NCBI RefSeq assembly: GCF_001194135.2
Contig: NC_068996.1
Location: 40,805,157 to 40,841,316 of the forward strand
Length of the DNA stretch: 36,160 nt
Source of the DNA: Octopus bimaculoides
Lineage: Eukaryota
Direction of reading: 5' to 3'
The position numbers were made by a program, and so were the translations under genes. This document shows, one piece after another, positions 34,132 to 36,160 of this stretch (position 1 is the first letter of the stretch; every line of letters begins with the position of its first letter). The notes beneath the pieces were generated by a model. The model was not told where the DNA came from, made no database searches, and was given only the letters and a program-made list of their open reading frames with translations.

Positions 34132-34167
34132 CTATATATATATACGTACATACATACATAAATACAC

Positions 34168-34217
<50 letters not shown>

Positions 34218-34240
34218 TATATATATATGTTTCTGTACAC
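33950..34240. repeat. (TACA)n, (CTAT)n, (CA)n microsatellites
   Basis: Direct inspection. Confidence 0.9.
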
Positions 34241-34502
34241 ACACTCACTCAACGCACACAATCAAATAAATACCCATGTTCATAACTATATTCTTTCCGG
34301 TGAGTGCGTGCGCATGTTATACACGCGCTCATTTATACGACATTTCTCATATTCTTGTATACTTATAAAAACGTACTCTTATCTACACACATAAATATAT
34401 TTATCGCAAATACTAACTTGTTTGAATGAAAATACTTTAAGCTTATATTATTTCATATATGAGCATATACATACACACTCGCGCGCGCAATCGCACACAC
34501 GC

Positions 34503-34539
<37 letters not shown>

Positions 34540-35049
34540 NNNNNNNNNNNNNNNNNNNNNNNNNNNNNNNNNNNNNNNNNNNNNNNNNNNNNNNNNNNNN
34601 NNNNNNNNNNNNNNNNNNNNNNNNNNNNNNNNNNNNNNNNNNNNNNNNNNNNNNNNNNNNNNNNNNNNNNNNNNNNNNNNNNNNNNNNNNNNNNNNNNNN
34701 NNNNNNNNNNNNNNNNNNNNNNNNNNNNNNNNNNNNNNNNNNNNNNNNNNNNNNNNNNNNNNNNNNNNNNNNNNNNNNNNNNNNNNNNNNNNNNNNNNNN
34801 NNNNNNNNNNNNNNNNNNNNNNNNNNNNNNNNNNNNNNNNNNNNNNNNNNNNNNNNNNNNNNNNNNNNNNNNNNNNNNNNNNNNNNNNNNNNNNNNNNNN
34901 NNNNNNNNNNNNNNNNNNNNNNNNNNNNNNNNNNNNNNNNNNNNNNNNNNNNNNNNNNNNNNNNNNNNNNNNNNNNNNNNNNNNNNNNNNNNNNNNNNNN
35001 NNNNNNNNNNNNNNNNNNNNNNNNNNNNNNNNNATATATATATATATAT

Positions 35050-35265
35050 ATATATATAATACAAATAATATATATACATGTATACACACATATATGTACA
35101 TACTTACATCTACATGTGTATATATATGCATATCAGGGTACAGGACGTTAGAACAATGAACTACAGACAACGGAACGAACACATAGGAAAACGGAAAGCC
35201 ACTTGGAATATTCCTTCATCAGCGGCCTCTATTCTAACCTGACGTTTCGAAGATAATATACATAT
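35050..35265 (-). mobile_element. Short repeat family H3 with permuted hammerhead-like motif (35205-35260)
   Basis: Minus strand TATTATCTTC-GAAA-CGTC-aggttagaatagaggccg-CTGATGA-AGGAATAT; flanked by (TA)n; siblings at 14515 and 35655. Confidence 0.7.
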
Positions 35266-35654
35266 ATATATATTTGATATATATATATGATATATCATCA
35301 TGTATATATAGGGACAGACAGAACCAGGAGAGACATCATACTATCATATATATTCGAATGTATGTATATACCACCGCATATTGTGTAGGCACACGCTGTT
35401 CAGCCTGAACACACTCGCAATCACAGAGTATAACCAGCAGAGTATAACCTGCCATGCTAGATCATATATACTAAGTATCTATGAGAGGTATTGGTGTCTA
35501 GAAGACCCAAAGAATGGCAGGTAACGCTAAGTAAGTGCTATGGACAGACCGTAGTTAAACTCTTGGTTCGATAGTGATACGAGTCAGAATTCAAATGTGG
35601 GTTCAGTATTAGCATGCATATATGTATGTTCATATATGTAAGGGTAAAAGCTTA

Positions 35655-35860
35655 GTTTCAGAATGGTGGCAGCTGGTGAAGGAAATGTTCTCTATGTGGC
35701 ATGCGTGTTTTCTGCGCTCTGTTCATCATTTTGTCCACTTTTTTTTTTTGCAACGTCCTGTACCTAGATATGCATCTATATATACATGTAGATGTTGGTA
35801 TGTACATACATGTACGTATGTATGCATATACTCGCATATTATTTGTATTATGATATGCAT
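35655..35860 (+). mobile_element. Short repeat family H3, inverted relative to 35050-35265
   Basis: cagaatggtggcagctggtgaaggaa...aacgtcctgtacc.agatatgcat...catgtagatg...attatttgtatta. Confidence 0.75.
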
Positions 35861-35869
35861 ATATGTAAG

Positions 35870-36135
35870 GATATACGCATATATGTATGAATATATGCAT
35901 ATATGTATAGATATATGTATATATGTATGGATATATGCATATATGTATGGATATATGCATATATGTATGGGTATATGCATATATGTACATATATGTATGG
36001 GTATATGCATATATGTACATATATGTATGGATATATGCATATATGTACATATATGTATGGATATATGCATATATGTACAAATATGTATGGATATATGCAT
36101 ATATGTACATATATGTATGGATATATGCATATATT
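35870..36135. repeat. Higher-order 30-bp AT-rich tandem repeat (ATATATGCATATATGTACATATATGTATGG)n
   Basis: Direct inspection, several near-identical units. Confidence 0.85.
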
Positions 36136-36160
36136 TATATATTAGTTATATTATGCATAT

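Noticed and set aside
29610-36145. IYIY/HTHT/SIYL ORFs
   Set aside because: Microsatellite and gap artefacts

Overview
Gappy (about 14 N-runs), AT-rich, repeat-dominated eukaryotic DNA. The SINE families and very dense microsatellites suggest a coleoid cephalopod such as Octopus; this is an inference, not a database result. No complete host gene is evident. Contents: at least 4 tRNA-derived SINE families, three decayed mariner (Tc1/mariner) elements, a doubly truncated L1-clade Tx1-like LINE reverse-transcriptase region, three Helentron/HINE-like non-autonomous elements plus a Helitron/Pif1 helicase remnant, a ~1.6 kb 16-bp minisatellite, a 200-bp perfect-TIR element, a foldback structure, and two candidate minus-strand exons. 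The most notable signal is a set of short (TA)n-associated repeats carrying hammerhead-ribozyme-like motifs in three architectures: minimal type I with a non-canonical U6, minimal type I with U3, and a permuted type II-like order. These resemble Penelope-like pLTRs or retrozymes. Almost all other ORFs in the supplied track are microsatellite or N-gap artefacts.
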